This document shows, piece after piece, positions 20,484 through 30,704 of a stretch of DNA of 64,000 nucleotides. Position 1 is the first letter of the stretch; every line of letters begins with the position of its first letter. The notes under the pieces were generated by a model, which worked only from the letters and a program-made list of their open reading frames with translations, searched no databases and was not told where the DNA came from. Source of the DNA: an uncultured Planctomycetota bacterium (lineage in GTDB: Bacteria > Planctomycetota > Planctomycetia > Pirellulales > Lacipirellulaceae); assembly GCA_963719315.1 (NCBI GenBank), contig CAVRBU010000001.1, positions 192,001 to 256,000 on the forward strand, in the 5' to 3' direction. The translations under genes were made by a program, and so were the position numbers.

Positions 20484-21296
20484 ATGACAGTACCACCAAA
20501 AGACATTACGGACCGACTGAACTTTGCTGTCTCCATTGCCCGGCAGGCGGGGGAAATCACGCTGAAGTATTTCGGCAGCACCGATTTGCAGGTCGATCGC
20601 AAGGCTGACCAATCGCCCGTTACGATTGCCGACCGCACGGCGGAAGTATTGCTCCGCGAGCGGATCGGAAAAAGTTTCGCGGCAGACGGGATCATCGGCG
20701 AGGAATTTGGTGAGCAGAGGGGGGAATCGGGATACCTATGGATTGTCGACCCGATCGACGGCACGAAATCGTTCGTTCACGGCATCCCACTCTACACAAC
20801 CCTCGTTGCCGTGCTGCGCGATGGCGAACCAATCGTCGGCGTGATTCATGCACCGGCTCTTGCGGAAACGGTCTATGCATCCCAGGGCGGCGGCTGTTAT
20901 TACGTACCCGGCAATTCTGCCATGCCGCAACCGGCGAGGGTATCCGCGGTCGAGCGACTAAGCGAAAGTTTGTTCTTGACGACCGAAATAGCAAGCTTCA
21001 CGACGCATCGCGAAAGAGACGCGCTCGATGTTTTCGTCAAGCTCCAGCGTGCGGCCCGCTTGGCCCGCACGTGGGGCGACGGCTATGGATACCTGATGGT
21101 CGCGACGGGAAGAGCCGAGATCATGATTGATCCGGTGATGAATCTTTGGGATGCGGCCCCGCTGCAAACTGTGATAGAGGAGGCCGGGGGGCAGTTTACA
21201 GATTGGAAGGGGAATCCAACCGTTCACGCTGGCGAGGGAATTGCAACGAATGGCCGAGTGACGGAAGAAGTGCTGGCGATTACGCGGTTCGGATAG
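20484..21296 (+). CDS. hisN: Inositol monophosphatase family, probable histidinol-phosphatase
   Basis: KADQSPVTIAD, GEE, WIVDPIDGTKSF, RTWGDGYGY, WDAAP. Confidence 0.8.
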   Translation: MTVPPKDITDRLNFAVSIARQAGEITLKYFGSTDLQVDRKADQSPVTIADRTAEVLLRERIGKSFAADGIIGEEFGEQRGESGYLWIVDPIDGTKSFVHGIPLYTTLVAVLRDGEPIVGVIHAPALAETVYASQGGGCYYVPGNSAMPQPARVSAVERLSESLFLTTEIASFTTHRERDALDVFVKLQRAARLARTWGDGYGYLMVATGRAEIMIDPVMNLWDAAPLQTVIEEAGGQFTDWKGNPTVHAGEGIATNGRVTEEVLAITRFG

Positions 21297-21356
21297 CCAA
21301 GGATTCTCCATTCGGCCATGCGGCCATGCGGCCAGGGGATAAAGCCCATATGCCCG

Positions 21357-21384
21357 TTGTCGAAGCCGGAAAATCCGCTATACT
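21357..21384 (+). promoter_or_regulatory. Sigma-70-type promoter for rpmB-gatCAB
   Basis: TTGTCG-N16-TATACT, 54 bp upstream of the rpmB ATG. Confidence 0.5.
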
Positions 21385-21437
21385 TACGGATTCTTCATAC
21401 GACGAAATATGAGTTCTTAGTTGATACGAGGTGAGCG

Positions 21438-21722
21438 ATGGCTCGACAATGTAGCGTATGTGGCAAGGGCGCAGTGCTCGGCAATCATGTGACGACCCGC
21501 GGCAAGCAGAAGTATTTGGGCGGCGTCGGCACCAAGGTCACCGGCATCAGCCGGCGGAAATTCAAGCCGAACCTTCAAAGCGTAAAGATCATGTCCGCAA
21601 CCGGCGGCCACAAGCACGCACTCGTCTGCGTCCAGTGCATCCGCAGCGGCGGCGTGACGAAGGTCGTCCGGGCGGCGCCGTTCAAAGTGCCGCACGACAC
21701 CGTGAAGGCCAAGACGAAGTAA
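21438..21722 (+). CDS. rpmB: 50S ribosomal protein L28 (CxxC-containing form)
   Basis: MARQCSVCGK..GN..RRKFKPNLQ..CVQCIRSG. Confidence 0.93.
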   Translation: MARQCSVCGKGAVLGNHVTTRGKQKYLGGVGTKVTGISRRKFKPNLQSVKIMSATGGHKHALVCVQCIRSGGVTKVVRAAPFKVPHDTVKAKTK

Positions 21723-21751
21723 CATGCTGCCCGTATACGTTGCACTGTTTC

Positions 21752-22042
21752 ATGGGTATCTCCCGTCAGAACATCGAGAAAGTGGCACTCCTCGGTCGGT
21801 TGCAACTCACAGAAGCCGAGCTGGCGACTATGACGGCGGAACTAGGCCGGATCGTGGGCTACGTCGATCAGCTTGCGGAAGTCAACACAGATGGCATCGA
21901 GCCGATGGTCCATGCGATTGAAGTCGTCAACGTCTTTCGAGCGGATGAAGTGACCGCGAGCCTGCCGCACGAAGAAGCACTCATCAATGCCCCGCACCGC
22001 GACGATCGCGGTTATCTGGTGCCCGCCGTATTAGGCGAATAG
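21752..22042 (+). CDS. gatC: Asp/Glu-tRNA amidotransferase subunit C
   Basis: VALLGRL..IVGYVDQLAEVNTDGIEPM..FRAD..NAP..YLVPAVL; lies directly upstream of gatA. Confidence 0.9.
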   Translation: MGISRQNIEKVALLGRLQLTEAELATMTAELGRIVGYVDQLAEVNTDGIEPMVHAIEVVNVFRADEVTASLPHEEALINAPHRDDRGYLVPAVLGE

Positions 22043-22142
22043 GCAGCTTGCTACTTGGGTGCCACTGGCTTTGCCAGTGCTTGCAGAGCGTGTAAAACAG
22101 AGCATTGTTTACGTCTGCCGAACTGCGCGCGTCGCAATATCC

Positions 22143-23690
22143 ATGTCGCTTTTTGAGCAATCCGCTACTGAGCATCTGCGAAGTCTCGAATCAGGCGACG
22201 TGTTGTCGGTCGAGTTGACGCAGGCGTATCTCGATCAGATCAGAAGCGTTGATGAACGCGTCGGAGCTTTCTTGCGCATAGACTCGGACGGATCACTGCG
22301 GCAAGCGGCCGAGATTGATGCGCGGCGCATCAAGCGGCAAACCGTGGGCCGTCTGGGTGGATTGCCGGTCGCGGTGAAGGATATTCTCTGCGAGCGCGGC
22401 AAAACGACGACTTGTGCTTCGCGAATGCTCGAAAACTTCCGCCCGCCCTATGATGCAACGGTCATGGCCAAACTTCGCGCGGCCGATGCCGTGCTTATCG
22501 GCCGCACGAATCTGGACGAGTTCGCGATGGGCGGTTCGACCGAGAACTCCGCGTTTCAAATCACCCGCAATCCGTGGGACCTGGAATGCTCGCCCGGCGG
22601 TTCAAGCGGCGGGTCAGCGGCGGCGGTCGCGGCGGGGATGGCTCCGCTCGCAATCGGCACGGATACGGGCGGATCGATCCGCCAACCGGCGGGGTTGTGT
22701 GGCGTCGTCGGCATGAAGCCCACGTATGGCCGCGTGAGCCGTTACGGAGTGGTTGCCTACGCCAGCAGCCTCGACCAGGTAGGGCCGTTTGGCCGGTCGG
22801 TCGAGGATTCCGCGCTGCTTTTGGAAACGATCGCTGGGCACGATCCGCGGGATTCGACGTCGCTCCATGTTCCCGCGCCACCGTATTCGCAAGCCGTAAA
22901 CCAGCCTCTCGCCCGGCTGCGGGTCGGTTGGGTCCGCGAGCATTTTGGACCCGGCCTCGATAGCGAGGTCGAAGCTGCAATTCGTGGTGCGCTGGACACT
23001 TATAAGTCGCTGGGCGCGACAATTCATGAAATCTCGCTGCCGCATAGCAAGTACGCAGTCGCCACTTACTATGTGATCGCGCCGAGCGAAGCGTCCAGCA
23101 ACCTGGCCCGGTACGACGGCGCGCACTTCGGCTATCGAACGGATGAAAAGGAAATGCTAGCCGAGTTGGCGGCCGATCGCAAACGGCTTGAATCGGCGGG
23201 CGATAAAGCTGGGCTCGATCACTTAGACTCGGCCCTGGTGCGAATGTATCGCCGCACTCGGGCCGAAGGGTTCGGGCCAGAAGTCAAACGCCGAATCATG
23301 CTGGGCACGTACGCACTAAGTGCTGGGTATTACGACGCCTATTACCTCAAAGCACTAAAGGTTCGCCGGCTGATCCGCCAGGACTTTGATCGGGCCTTTG
23401 AGAAGGTCGATCTTATCGCGGGGCCGATTACTCCCGAGCCCGCGTTCAAGATCGGCCAAATGTCTGGCGATCCGCTGGCGATGTACCTCGTCGATATTTA
23501 CACAGTGAGCGCGAACCTGGCCGGCATTCCAGGGCTGTGCCTGCCTTGCGGCCAGTCGAAGACCGGCCTGCCGATCGGTCTGCAACTGCAGGCCCCAGCA
23601 CTCGAAGAAGATCGCTTACTCCGAGGAGCGCGAATGTACGAACAAGCTACCGACTGGCATAAACAGCGGGCTACACTGCAACGCATATAA
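22143..23690 (+). CDS. gatA: Asp/Glu-tRNA amidotransferase subunit A
   Basis: [55 protein letters not shown]. Confidence 0.96.
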   Translation: MSLFEQSATEHLRSLESGDVLSVELTQAYLDQIRSVDERVGAFLRIDSDGSLRQAAEIDARRIKRQTVGRLGGLPVAVKDILCERGKTTTCASRMLENFRPPYDATVMAKLRAADAVLIGRTNLDEFAMGGSTENSAFQITRNPWDLECSPGGSSGGSAAAVAAGMAPLAIGTDTGGSIRQPAGLCGVVGMKPTYGRVSRYGVVAYASSLDQVGPFGRSVEDSALLLETIAGHDPRDSTSLHVPAPPYSQAVNQPLARLRVGWVREHFGPGLDSEVEAAIRGALDTYKSLGATIHEISLPHSKYAVATYYVIAPSEASSNLARYDGAHFGYRTDEKEMLAELAADRKRLESAGDKAGLDHLDSALVRMYRRTRAEGFGPEVKRRIMLGTYALSAGYYDAYYLKALKVRRLIRQDFDRAFEKVDLIAGPITPEPAFKIGQMSGDPLAMYLVDIYTVSANLAGIPGLCLPCGQSKTGLPIGLQLQAPALEEDRLLRGARMYEQATDWHKQRATLQRI

Positions 23691-23700
23691 TGTAACGACT

Positions 23701-23858
23701 AAGCCACAAAGAGCACGAAGATGAGGAACAGTTTTTTTTGAACTGTAAGTAACGGAGGCAACGGAAAATGATGCGAGACTTCATTCTCATTATTACTCCG
23801 TTCTCTCCGTTACCTCCTGCTCGAGCATTCCTCTTCGTGTCCTTCGTGTCTTGTGGTT
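23701..23858. repeat. Two nested inverted ~9-nt periodic repeat elements filling the gatA-gatB spacer
   Basis: Outer arms CCACAAAGAGCACGAAG / CTTCGTGTCCTTCGTGTCTTGTGG; inner arms GTAACGGAGGCAACGGA / CTCCGTTCTCTCCGTTACCTCCTG. Confidence 0.75.
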
Positions 23859-23875
23859 AGATACTCCGGATAGAA

Positions 23876-25351
23876 ATGGCTGAAGGCTTTACGACAATCA
23901 TTGGCCTCGAAGTTCACGTGCAGCTTGCCACCGCCAGCAAACTATTTTGTGGGTGCAGCACGCGGTTCGGGGCCGAGCCGAATACGCATACGTGCGAGGT
24001 CTGTATTGGATTGCCGGGCACGCTGCCGGTGATGAATCGCGAGGCGTTTCAATTGGCGCTCAAAACGGCGGTGGCTCTTGAATGCGAGATTCCAGCGTTC
24101 ACCAAGTGGGATCGCAAGCAGTATTACTACCCAGACCTGCCGAAGAATTATCAGATCAGCCAGTATGATTTGCCAATGTCGCAGCACGGTTACTTGGACA
24201 TCAGTGATCCGAAGGGTGGCTTTGAACCCAAGCGGATTCGAATCCTGCGGGCGCATTTGGAAGAGGACGCCGGGAAAAGTTTGCACGACGAGGTCGCGGG
24301 CAAGGGCGACACGATGATCGACCTCAACCGCGCGGGCACGCCCCTGTTGGAAATTGTCTCCGAGCCCGATATGCGCAGTCCGCTCGAAGCCAAGGCGTTT
24401 CTCAACGAACTGAAATTGTTGCTCACCTACATTGGCGTCTCCGATTGCAACATGCAGGAAGGTAGCTTGCGTGTGGACGCCAACGTGAATCTGCACGTTG
24501 AGACGCCGGAGGGCAAAATCGCCACGCCGATCGTGGAAATCAAGAACATGAACAGTTTCCGCGCGGTGGAGCGGGCGCTTGAATTCGAAATGCAGCGGCA
24601 ATGGCGCGAGTGGCAGGAAACGCACCGTAGGTTGGGCGACGCGCCCAAGCAGACTCGCGGTTGGGATGAGGTGGTGGGCGTCACCCGGGGCCAGCGGAGC
24701 AAAGAGGAGTCGAGCGATTATCGCTATTTCCCCGACCCCGACCTGGCGCCGGTCGCCACTGAGCCACCGGAAGTCGAAACGATTCGCCAGTCGCTGGGCG
24801 AACTGCCGGCAGCGCTGCGGTCGCGGCTGGAGACCGACTCCGGCCTGTCGACCTACGATGCCGATGTCTTGATTAACCAGGGGCGGCCAGTCGTAGGATA
24901 TTATCTGGAGGTCGCTCAGGCGGCCGGCGATGCCAAAGCGGCCGCGAATTGGGTGACGCAGGATGTGCTGCGAACGCTCAAGGAATTGGACGTCGCGATT
25001 GAATCGATGCCCGTCACGAGCACCAGCCTCGCCGAATTAATACGGATGGTCAAATCGAGCGAGGTGCCCGGCCCGCGGGCCCGAGAGGTATTTCAGACGA
25101 TGGTCGAAAAGCGTATCGATGCAGCCGCGGCCCTTAAAACACTGGGCATCGCGGCCGTGGACGAATCCGAGCTAATAGCCCTGTGCCGGAAACTCTTGGC
25201 CGCCAACCCGAAAACCATTTCCGATGTCCGCGCCGGAAAATCACAGGCTATCGGCTCTCTTATCGGCCAGGCAAAAAAGCAAAATCCTAACATAGACCCC
25301 AGCCGGGTACGGGAGATTTGCTTACAATTAATTGAATCGGGGACTATCTGA
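23876..25351 (+). CDS. gatB: Asp/Glu-tRNA amidotransferase subunit B
   Basis: IGLEVHVQL, YYYPDLPKNYQISQ, HLEEDAGKS, NRAGTPLLEIV, DYRYFPDPDL. Confidence 0.96.
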   Translation: MAEGFTTIIGLEVHVQLATASKLFCGCSTRFGAEPNTHTCEVCIGLPGTLPVMNREAFQLALKTAVALECEIPAFTKWDRKQYYYPDLPKNYQISQYDLPMSQHGYLDISDPKGGFEPKRIRILRAHLEEDAGKSLHDEVAGKGDTMIDLNRAGTPLLEIVSEPDMRSPLEAKAFLNELKLLLTYIGVSDCNMQEGSLRVDANVNLHVETPEGKIATPIVEIKNMNSFRAVERALEFEMQRQWREWQETHRRLGDAPKQTRGWDEVVGVTRGQRSKEESSDYRYFPDPDLAPVATEPPEVETIRQSLGELPAALRSRLETDSGLSTYDADVLINQGRPVVGYYLEVAQAAGDAKAAANWVTQDVLRTLKELDVAIESMPVTSTSLAELIRMVKSSEVPGPRAREVFQTMVEKRIDAAAALKTLGIAAVDESELIALCRKLLAANPKTISDVRAGKSQAIGSLIGQAKKQNPNIDPSRVREICLQLIESGTI

Positions 25352-25384
25352 TAGCGCTGAGATTCCCGCTTTCGGAATTATTTG

Positions 25385-25512
25385 ATCAAGAGGAAACAGA
25401 GTAAACGGAGTCGATCGCATGTGTAAAATGGATAGATCGAAATCTGATAATCGGCTTACCAACTCTTTTTGTAATTCATTCCTTATCTCTGTACTCTCTG
25501 TTTACTCCTGAT
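25385..25512. repeat. Inverted ~9-nt periodic repeat hairpin (AAC type)
   Basis: ATCAAGAGGAAACAGAGTAAACGGAG ... CTCTGTACTCTCTGTTTACTCCTGAT around an AT-rich core. Confidence 0.7.
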
Positions 25513-25557
25513 ATATTTAGAACCCAACCCTGTCTCGCGAGTGGTCTCTTCGACGCT

Positions 25558-26361
25558 ATGGCTGCCGATCCAAGTCCGCCGGCAATCATCACGCTTACGA
25601 CCGATTTCGGCGTCGGAAGCCGGTACGTCGCGGCCACGAAGGGCGTCATTCTGTCGATCAATCCACACGCCCAGATCATCGACCTGTCGCATGCCGTGCC
25701 GCCACGTGATATTCGGGCAGGTGCAATCGTGCTCGCCGAAACAGCCCGCTGGTTTCCACCGGGCACGATCCACGTGGCGGTCGTCGACCCGGGCGTCGGC
25801 AGCAAGCGGCGTGTTGTATACGCCCAAATCGGCACGCAGCAATTCGTTGCGCCCGATAACGGCGTGTTAAGTCGCTTGGCATCCATCGATCGGCCGTCTA
25901 AGATTATCGGCGTCGAGGATTCGAAGTATTGGCTGCCGGACGTGTCGCGCACGTTTCACGGTCGCGACATCATGGCGCCGGTAGCCGCGCGCCTGGGCCT
26001 TGGCCTGCGCACCGAGAAACTTGGTCCGCCGGTTAAGCAGCTAGTGGAACTTCCTTGGGCGGAGGCGCAACAAGTGCCAAATCGCATCGAAGGCGAAGTC
26101 GTTGAAGTCGATTCGTTCGGCAATCTCATCACGAACATTACGCGGGCAATGCTTGACGGCTTACCCGGTGGCGACTCGGTGATTATCACCTGCGAGGAGC
26201 ACGAGACCCAGGGTATTTTCGCCACATTCAGCGACCAGCCACCGATGACGTTGATGGCGCACGTCGGCTCTACGGGCAGGTTGGAATTGGCGATCGTTGA
26301 TGAGAACGCCTCCGCGATGCTGGGCGTAAAGGCCGGAGCACCGGTACGTGTATCATGGTGA
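25558..26361 (+). CDS. SAM hydroxide adenosyltransferase / chlorinase-fluorinase family (DUF62)
   Basis: ITLTTDFG, VAVVDPGVGS, APDNG, SRTFHGRDI, VDSFGNLITN. Confidence 0.92.
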   Translation: MAADPSPPAIITLTTDFGVGSRYVAATKGVILSINPHAQIIDLSHAVPPRDIRAGAIVLAETARWFPPGTIHVAVVDPGVGSKRRVVYAQIGTQQFVAPDNGVLSRLASIDRPSKIIGVEDSKYWLPDVSRTFHGRDIMAPVAARLGLGLRTEKLGPPVKQLVELPWAEAQQVPNRIEGEVVEVDSFGNLITNITRAMLDGLPGGDSVIITCEEHETQGIFATFSDQPPMTLMAHVGSTGRLELAIVDENASAMLGVKAGAPVRVSW

Positions 26362-26377
26362 GAATCGTCTGGTTGCC

Positions 26378-27736
26378 ATGAACGACGATTCCAACTGCGA
26401 CGAACTGCGTGACTGGGACCGCCGCCATTACTGGCACGCGTTTACGCAGATGGCCGAGTACGAGCCGCTCCTTATCGAGCGGGCCGAAGGTTGCCGGCTG
26501 ATCGATATCACGGGCTGTTCTTATCTCGACGGCACGAGCAGCATGTGGTGCAACGTTCACGGCCATAACCACCCGCAGATTAACGCCGCGATTCGCGCAC
26601 AGCTCGATCGGGTGGCCCATTGCACGGCGCTCGGAATGGGGAGCGACACCTCGGTGCGGCTGGCTAAGCGGCTCGCCGACATCGCGCCCGGCGACTTGGA
26701 GCACGTGTTTTTCGCCAGTGACGGCTCGTCGGCCGTTGAAGTCGCGCTCAAAATGGCATTTCAATACTGGCGGCAGTGCCCAAATCCTCAGCTGCAAAAG
26801 ACCAAGTTCATCGCGCTTGGCGAAGCTTATCACGGCGATACGCTCGGCAGCGCGAGCGTGAGCGGTATCGCGCGGTTCCACGCGTTGTTCAAGCCGCTAT
26901 TGTTTGATGTGATTCGGGCGCCGCTGCCCGATCCGCGGCGGTTGCCGGCCGGCACTTCGAGCAGCGAGATGACGAAGCACTTTCTGGGCGAAATCGAAGC
27001 CTTGCTGAAACTGCATCGTCACGAGGCTGCTGCGTTCGTCATTGAGCCGATCGTGCAGTGTGCGGCTGGCATGGTTATGCATCCGCCCGGCTTCCTGCGC
27101 GGAGTACGGAAACTTACGCGGTCGTACGATGTGTTGCTGATAGCCGACGAGATCGCCGTCGGCTTCGGACGGACCGGAACGATGTTCGCTTGCGAGCAGG
27201 AGGAAGTAGTACCCGATCTCTTGTGCGTCGGGAAAGGTCTTTCCGGCGGCTACTTGCCGCTGTCGGCGGCGATCGCCAACGACACCATCTACCATGCATT
27301 CCTCGGTAAATTTCACGAAGGTCGCACGCTGCACCACGGCCATACGTTTAGCGGCAATCCACTGGCGTGCGCCGCGGCACTAGCGTCACTCGATTTGTTC
27401 GACGAGGAGCAGACGTTGGCGAATTTGCCGCCGAAGGTCGCGCGCCTTAGCGACCACTTGTGCCGTTTGGCGGAACACCCACATGTTGCGAGCACGCGAC
27501 AGCGAGGGTTCATTGGCGCTTTGGAGCTAACGCAGGATAAATCGAGCAGTTTCCCTTACCCCGCAATAGAACGCCGCGCTTGGCGTGTGTGTCGCGAGGC
27601 GCTAGCACGCGGCGTATGGATTCGACCGTTGGCGAACGTATTGTATGTAATGCCACCGTTGGCGATGTCGATTGAGGAACTCGATGAGCTTATGAAATCA
27701 TTATCGGCGGCGATTGATGAAGTGACGCGCGGATGA
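26378..27736 (+). CDS. bioA: Adenosylmethionine-8-amino-7-oxononanoate aminotransferase
   Basis: WHAFTQM, SSMWCNVHGH, AVEVALKMAFQYW, YHGDTLG, ADEIAVGFGRTG, HGHTFSGNPL, IRPL. Confidence 0.92.
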   Translation: MNDDSNCDELRDWDRRHYWHAFTQMAEYEPLLIERAEGCRLIDITGCSYLDGTSSMWCNVHGHNHPQINAAIRAQLDRVAHCTALGMGSDTSVRLAKRLADIAPGDLEHVFFASDGSSAVEVALKMAFQYWRQCPNPQLQKTKFIALGEAYHGDTLGSASVSGIARFHALFKPLLFDVIRAPLPDPRRLPAGTSSSEMTKHFLGEIEALLKLHRHEAAAFVIEPIVQCAAGMVMHPPGFLRGVRKLTRSYDVLLIADEIAVGFGRTGTMFACEQEEVVPDLLCVGKGLSGGYLPLSAAIANDTIYHAFLGKFHEGRTLHHGHTFSGNPLACAAALASLDLFDEEQTLANLPPKVARLSDHLCRLAEHPHVASTRQRGFIGALELTQDKSSSFPYPAIERRAWRVCREALARGVWIRPLANVLYVMPPLAMSIEELDELMKSLSAAIDEVTRG

Positions 27737-28533
27737 GGGCGATCGAGCTCTGCTCCGCAAACTCCGCAGCGCGACAAAACGATCGAAATGATCTTGTGAA
27801 CGCACTTCACTATCTATTGTTGCAAACTCGAAATGCCGGCGACCCCATGGCAGCGCAGGAAGTCCGCTGCTTTGCCCGCGCATTGGGTTGCCAGGTTTCA
27901 TCGATCGAGGTATTCGACTTCCTTAGCGGAGCGCCCTCGCGCGGCAAACTTCAACAATCGGATATGCTGCTGCTGGGCGGCAGCGGCCACTATTCCGCCG
28001 CTACCACGCCGGAGCGTCCTCAGCCGGCGTGGCTCGACCGCACACTCGACTGTCTGCGAGTTATCCACCAACTGGCAAAGCCGACTTTCGCATCCTGCTG
28101 GGGCTTCCAAGCGATGTCGCGAGCCGTGGGGGGCGAATGCGTATACGACCTGCCGAACGCCGAACTTGGCACGATCGAGCTAAGGCTCACCGAGTCCGGC
28201 AGTGCCGACCCGATTTTCGGCAACCTGCCGCCAGTTTTCGCCGCCCAAGCCGGGCATGAAGACCGCGTGATCGCTCTGCCGCCGGATGCCGTGCTGCTCG
28301 CGTCCTCGGCGCGTGTGGCCGAACAGGCTTATCGGTTTTCCGGCAGGCCGATTTATTGCACGCAGTTTCACCCGGAGCTTGACCGGGCGGCGATGTTGGA
28401 ACGAGTCGTCGCGTATCCTGAATATGTCGAGCGCATCGTTCACATGCCATTTGACAACTTCGTTCATTCCGTTCGCGAAACGCCGCAAGCCAACATGCTT
28501 CTGCGGCAGTTTGTTCAGCACTATTTTCGATGA
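27733..28533 (+). CDS. Type 1 glutamine amidotransferase
   Basis: GGSG, SCWGFQ (nucleophile Cys), QFHPE; ATGA overlap with bioA (an internal GTG start is possible). Confidence 0.85.
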   Translation: MRAIELCSANSAARQNDRNDLVNALHYLLLQTRNAGDPMAAQEVRCFARALGCQVSSIEVFDFLSGAPSRGKLQQSDMLLLGGSGHYSAATTPERPQPAWLDRTLDCLRVIHQLAKPTFASCWGFQAMSRAVGGECVYDLPNAELGTIELRLTESGSADPIFGNLPPVFAAQAGHEDRVIALPPDAVLLASSARVAEQAYRFSGRPIYCTQFHPELDRAAMLERVVAYPEYVERIVHMPFDNFVHSVRETPQANMLLRQFVQHYFR

Positions 28534-28550
28534 CTCGGTAAAAGTTTTTT

Positions 28551-28632
28551 GCCACTACAGCACGAACTACTCGAAGTCGTTCGACAGTTGCTCCGTGTTT
28601 CCACGTCGTGCCAGTTGTTCCATGGTGGTGAA
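28551..28632. repeat. Degenerate inverted ~9-nt periodic repeat element
   Basis: GCCACTACAGCACGAACTACTCGAAG ... CGTCGTGCCAGTTGTTCCATGGTGGTG; resembles the 55650 element. Confidence 0.5.
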
Positions 28633-30535
28633 TCAATCGGTTGCGCCGCTATCATCAGTCTCCATTCCCAGTTGTTTCATCTTGCGATAGAGGTTCGAGC
28701 GATGCACTCCGAGGCTCATGGCGGCCTGGCTGACGTTGCCGCGGGCGGCGTCGATGGCCTGTTGAATGTACTTGCGTTGGAACTCGTGCGTGGCATCGTT
28801 GAGTTCGCGGCCGGCGCCGAAGAGGGACGAACCGCCTGCATCTGGCGATAGTATGAACGCCAGGTCTTCGGTCTCAATACGGTCGCCGCTCGACAAATAG
28901 GCGAGCCGTTCCATAAGGTTTCGCAATTCGCGGACGTTGCCGGGCCAAGTGTGGCTTTCGAGACGCTTGCGGGCGGCGGAACTGAACCGGGGCGTGCGGC
29001 GGCCGGCGCGTTTGCAAAATTGCTGCAAAAAGTGTTCGGCCAGGAGCATGATATCGTCGCCGCGCTCGCGTAGAGGCGGAAGGTCTATCGAGACGACGTT
29101 AAGCCGAAAGTACAAGTCTTCGCGGAATCGTTTTGCCCGCACCAGTTCGGCCAACTTTTGATTGGTGGCAGCCAACATGCGCACGTCGGCGTGGATCGGC
29201 CGGCTACCGCCCACGCGGACAATCGTTTTTTCCTCCAATACGCGGAGGAGCTTGGATTGGCCGGCAAGACTCATGTCGCCGATTTCGTCGAGGAACAGTG
29301 TCCCGCCGGAGGCCAACTCGAATTTTCCGGCCCGCGATTCGTGGGCATCGGTGAAGGCGCCTTTCTCGTGGCCGAAAAGTTCGCTTTCGAGCAACGTTTC
29401 AGTAAGTGCCGCGCAATTTACGGCGATGAACGGATGCCTACGACGGCGGCTGCCGAAGTGAATCGCACGAGCGACGATTTCTTTGCCAGTGCCGTTTTCG
29501 CCGAGGATGAGGACTGCGAGATCCGTATCAGCAATCTTTCTCGCCGTCGCACGCACGGCTTGGATCGCCGGGCTTTCGCCCACGAGTAGCGTATCTTGGG
29601 CCGCCTGCTCGACCATTTTTTCGTGACGCTCGAGCAATTCCGAAAAGTGCTGTGTGTTTTCGAGCGCGACTGCCGCGTACGAGGCTAGTTCGATGAGGCC
29701 GCGCTGATCCTCGCCTGTGAACGTGCTCCCCTTTTTGTTGAGCACTTCGAACGCACCGAGCCGCTCGCCTTGAGGCGAAACAAGTGGTACGCACAGGATC
29801 GTTTGGGTGCGATAACCGGTTTGGCGATCGACGGCTCGGTCAATGTCTTCGGCGTCGTGTTCGCCGCTTACGCGCCTTGGCTCGCCAGTTTGGATTACAC
29901 GGCCAACGATACCCGCATCATCTGGCAGACGCAGTTCGCCGCCTTTGATGCCCAGCGCCGGCCGGCCTACGATCATTTTGTTCGGTTTGTCCCACAGAAA
30001 GATGGTGGCTCGATCGGCTTCCAGCAATCGCGTAGCCGCTTCAGCCATCCGCTGGAGGAGCATTTTCATTTCGTTCGTTTGGTGCCACTCGTGCGTAATT
30101 GCGAGGATCGTTTGCAGCCGATCGACCCGCGAGTCGGCGCGCGATTGCCGGTTGACGATCGCGAGAGCATCGGTCAGGCGATTGGCGACTGCGGCGAATT
30201 GGGCAGTGGTGCAATTTCCGCGGACGAGGAGGACGTATTCAGGCTCAGATCCGCTCGCGCGACCCGATGCGCCAGATAGTGGACCCGCTAACCAACGATC
30301 TGCGACGACCACATCGTCCTGTTCGATCGCCTCGGCGGCGAGGTCCAGCGGCACCGACTGATCGCGGCACACCACGGGCGGCTTCGATTTCCCAGTTTGG
30401 CACGATTGCCCTTACGATTGCGGCGGAGTCGGCTTTTAAGGCGGACAAGACCAGATCGAGTGCCGGTTCGAGCAGGTCAGTCAAGCCGCTAACCTCGCTG
30501 GACAGGTGAAGCAGGTTCGGTACGATGTCTGGCAT
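28633..30535 (-). CDS. Sigma-54-dependent activator (GAF + AAA+ + Fis HTH); frameshift near 30363
   Basis: GAF (DRQTGYRTQTILCVPL, EVLNK), GENGTGKE, ESELFGHEKGAFTDA, LFLDEIG, WPGNVREL, LGVHRSNLYRKM; N-terminus MPDIVPNLL lies in ORF 30245-30637. Confidence 0.9.
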
Positions 30536-30704
30536 TGGTTTCGTCGTAGCGGCAGGCGGCTCGCATGTCAGGTGTTTGCAGAGGGCAACAGGCGAAGAGC
30601 CTGATACATTGGACTCAATTTTAGTGGGTGTAGTCAATTATACAACATCCGAGTGTGGTCGATTTGAGACACGTCGGTCAGCTGGGAAACCTGGAGGTGA
30701 ATCG

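Noticed and set aside
21313..21334. CGGCCATG tandem repeat (about 2.7 copies)
   Set aside because: It is a single short duplication with no inverted partner or other copy noticed.
23701..23858. Repeat clusters as a CRISPR array
   Set aside because: The repeats are short, inverted and degenerate, with no spacer pattern and no cas genes.
25558..26361. Fluorinase/chlorinase with a halometabolite cluster
   Set aside because: It retains the DUF62 hydrolase-type DPGVG..R and TFHGRD motifs, and there are no biosynthetic neighbours.
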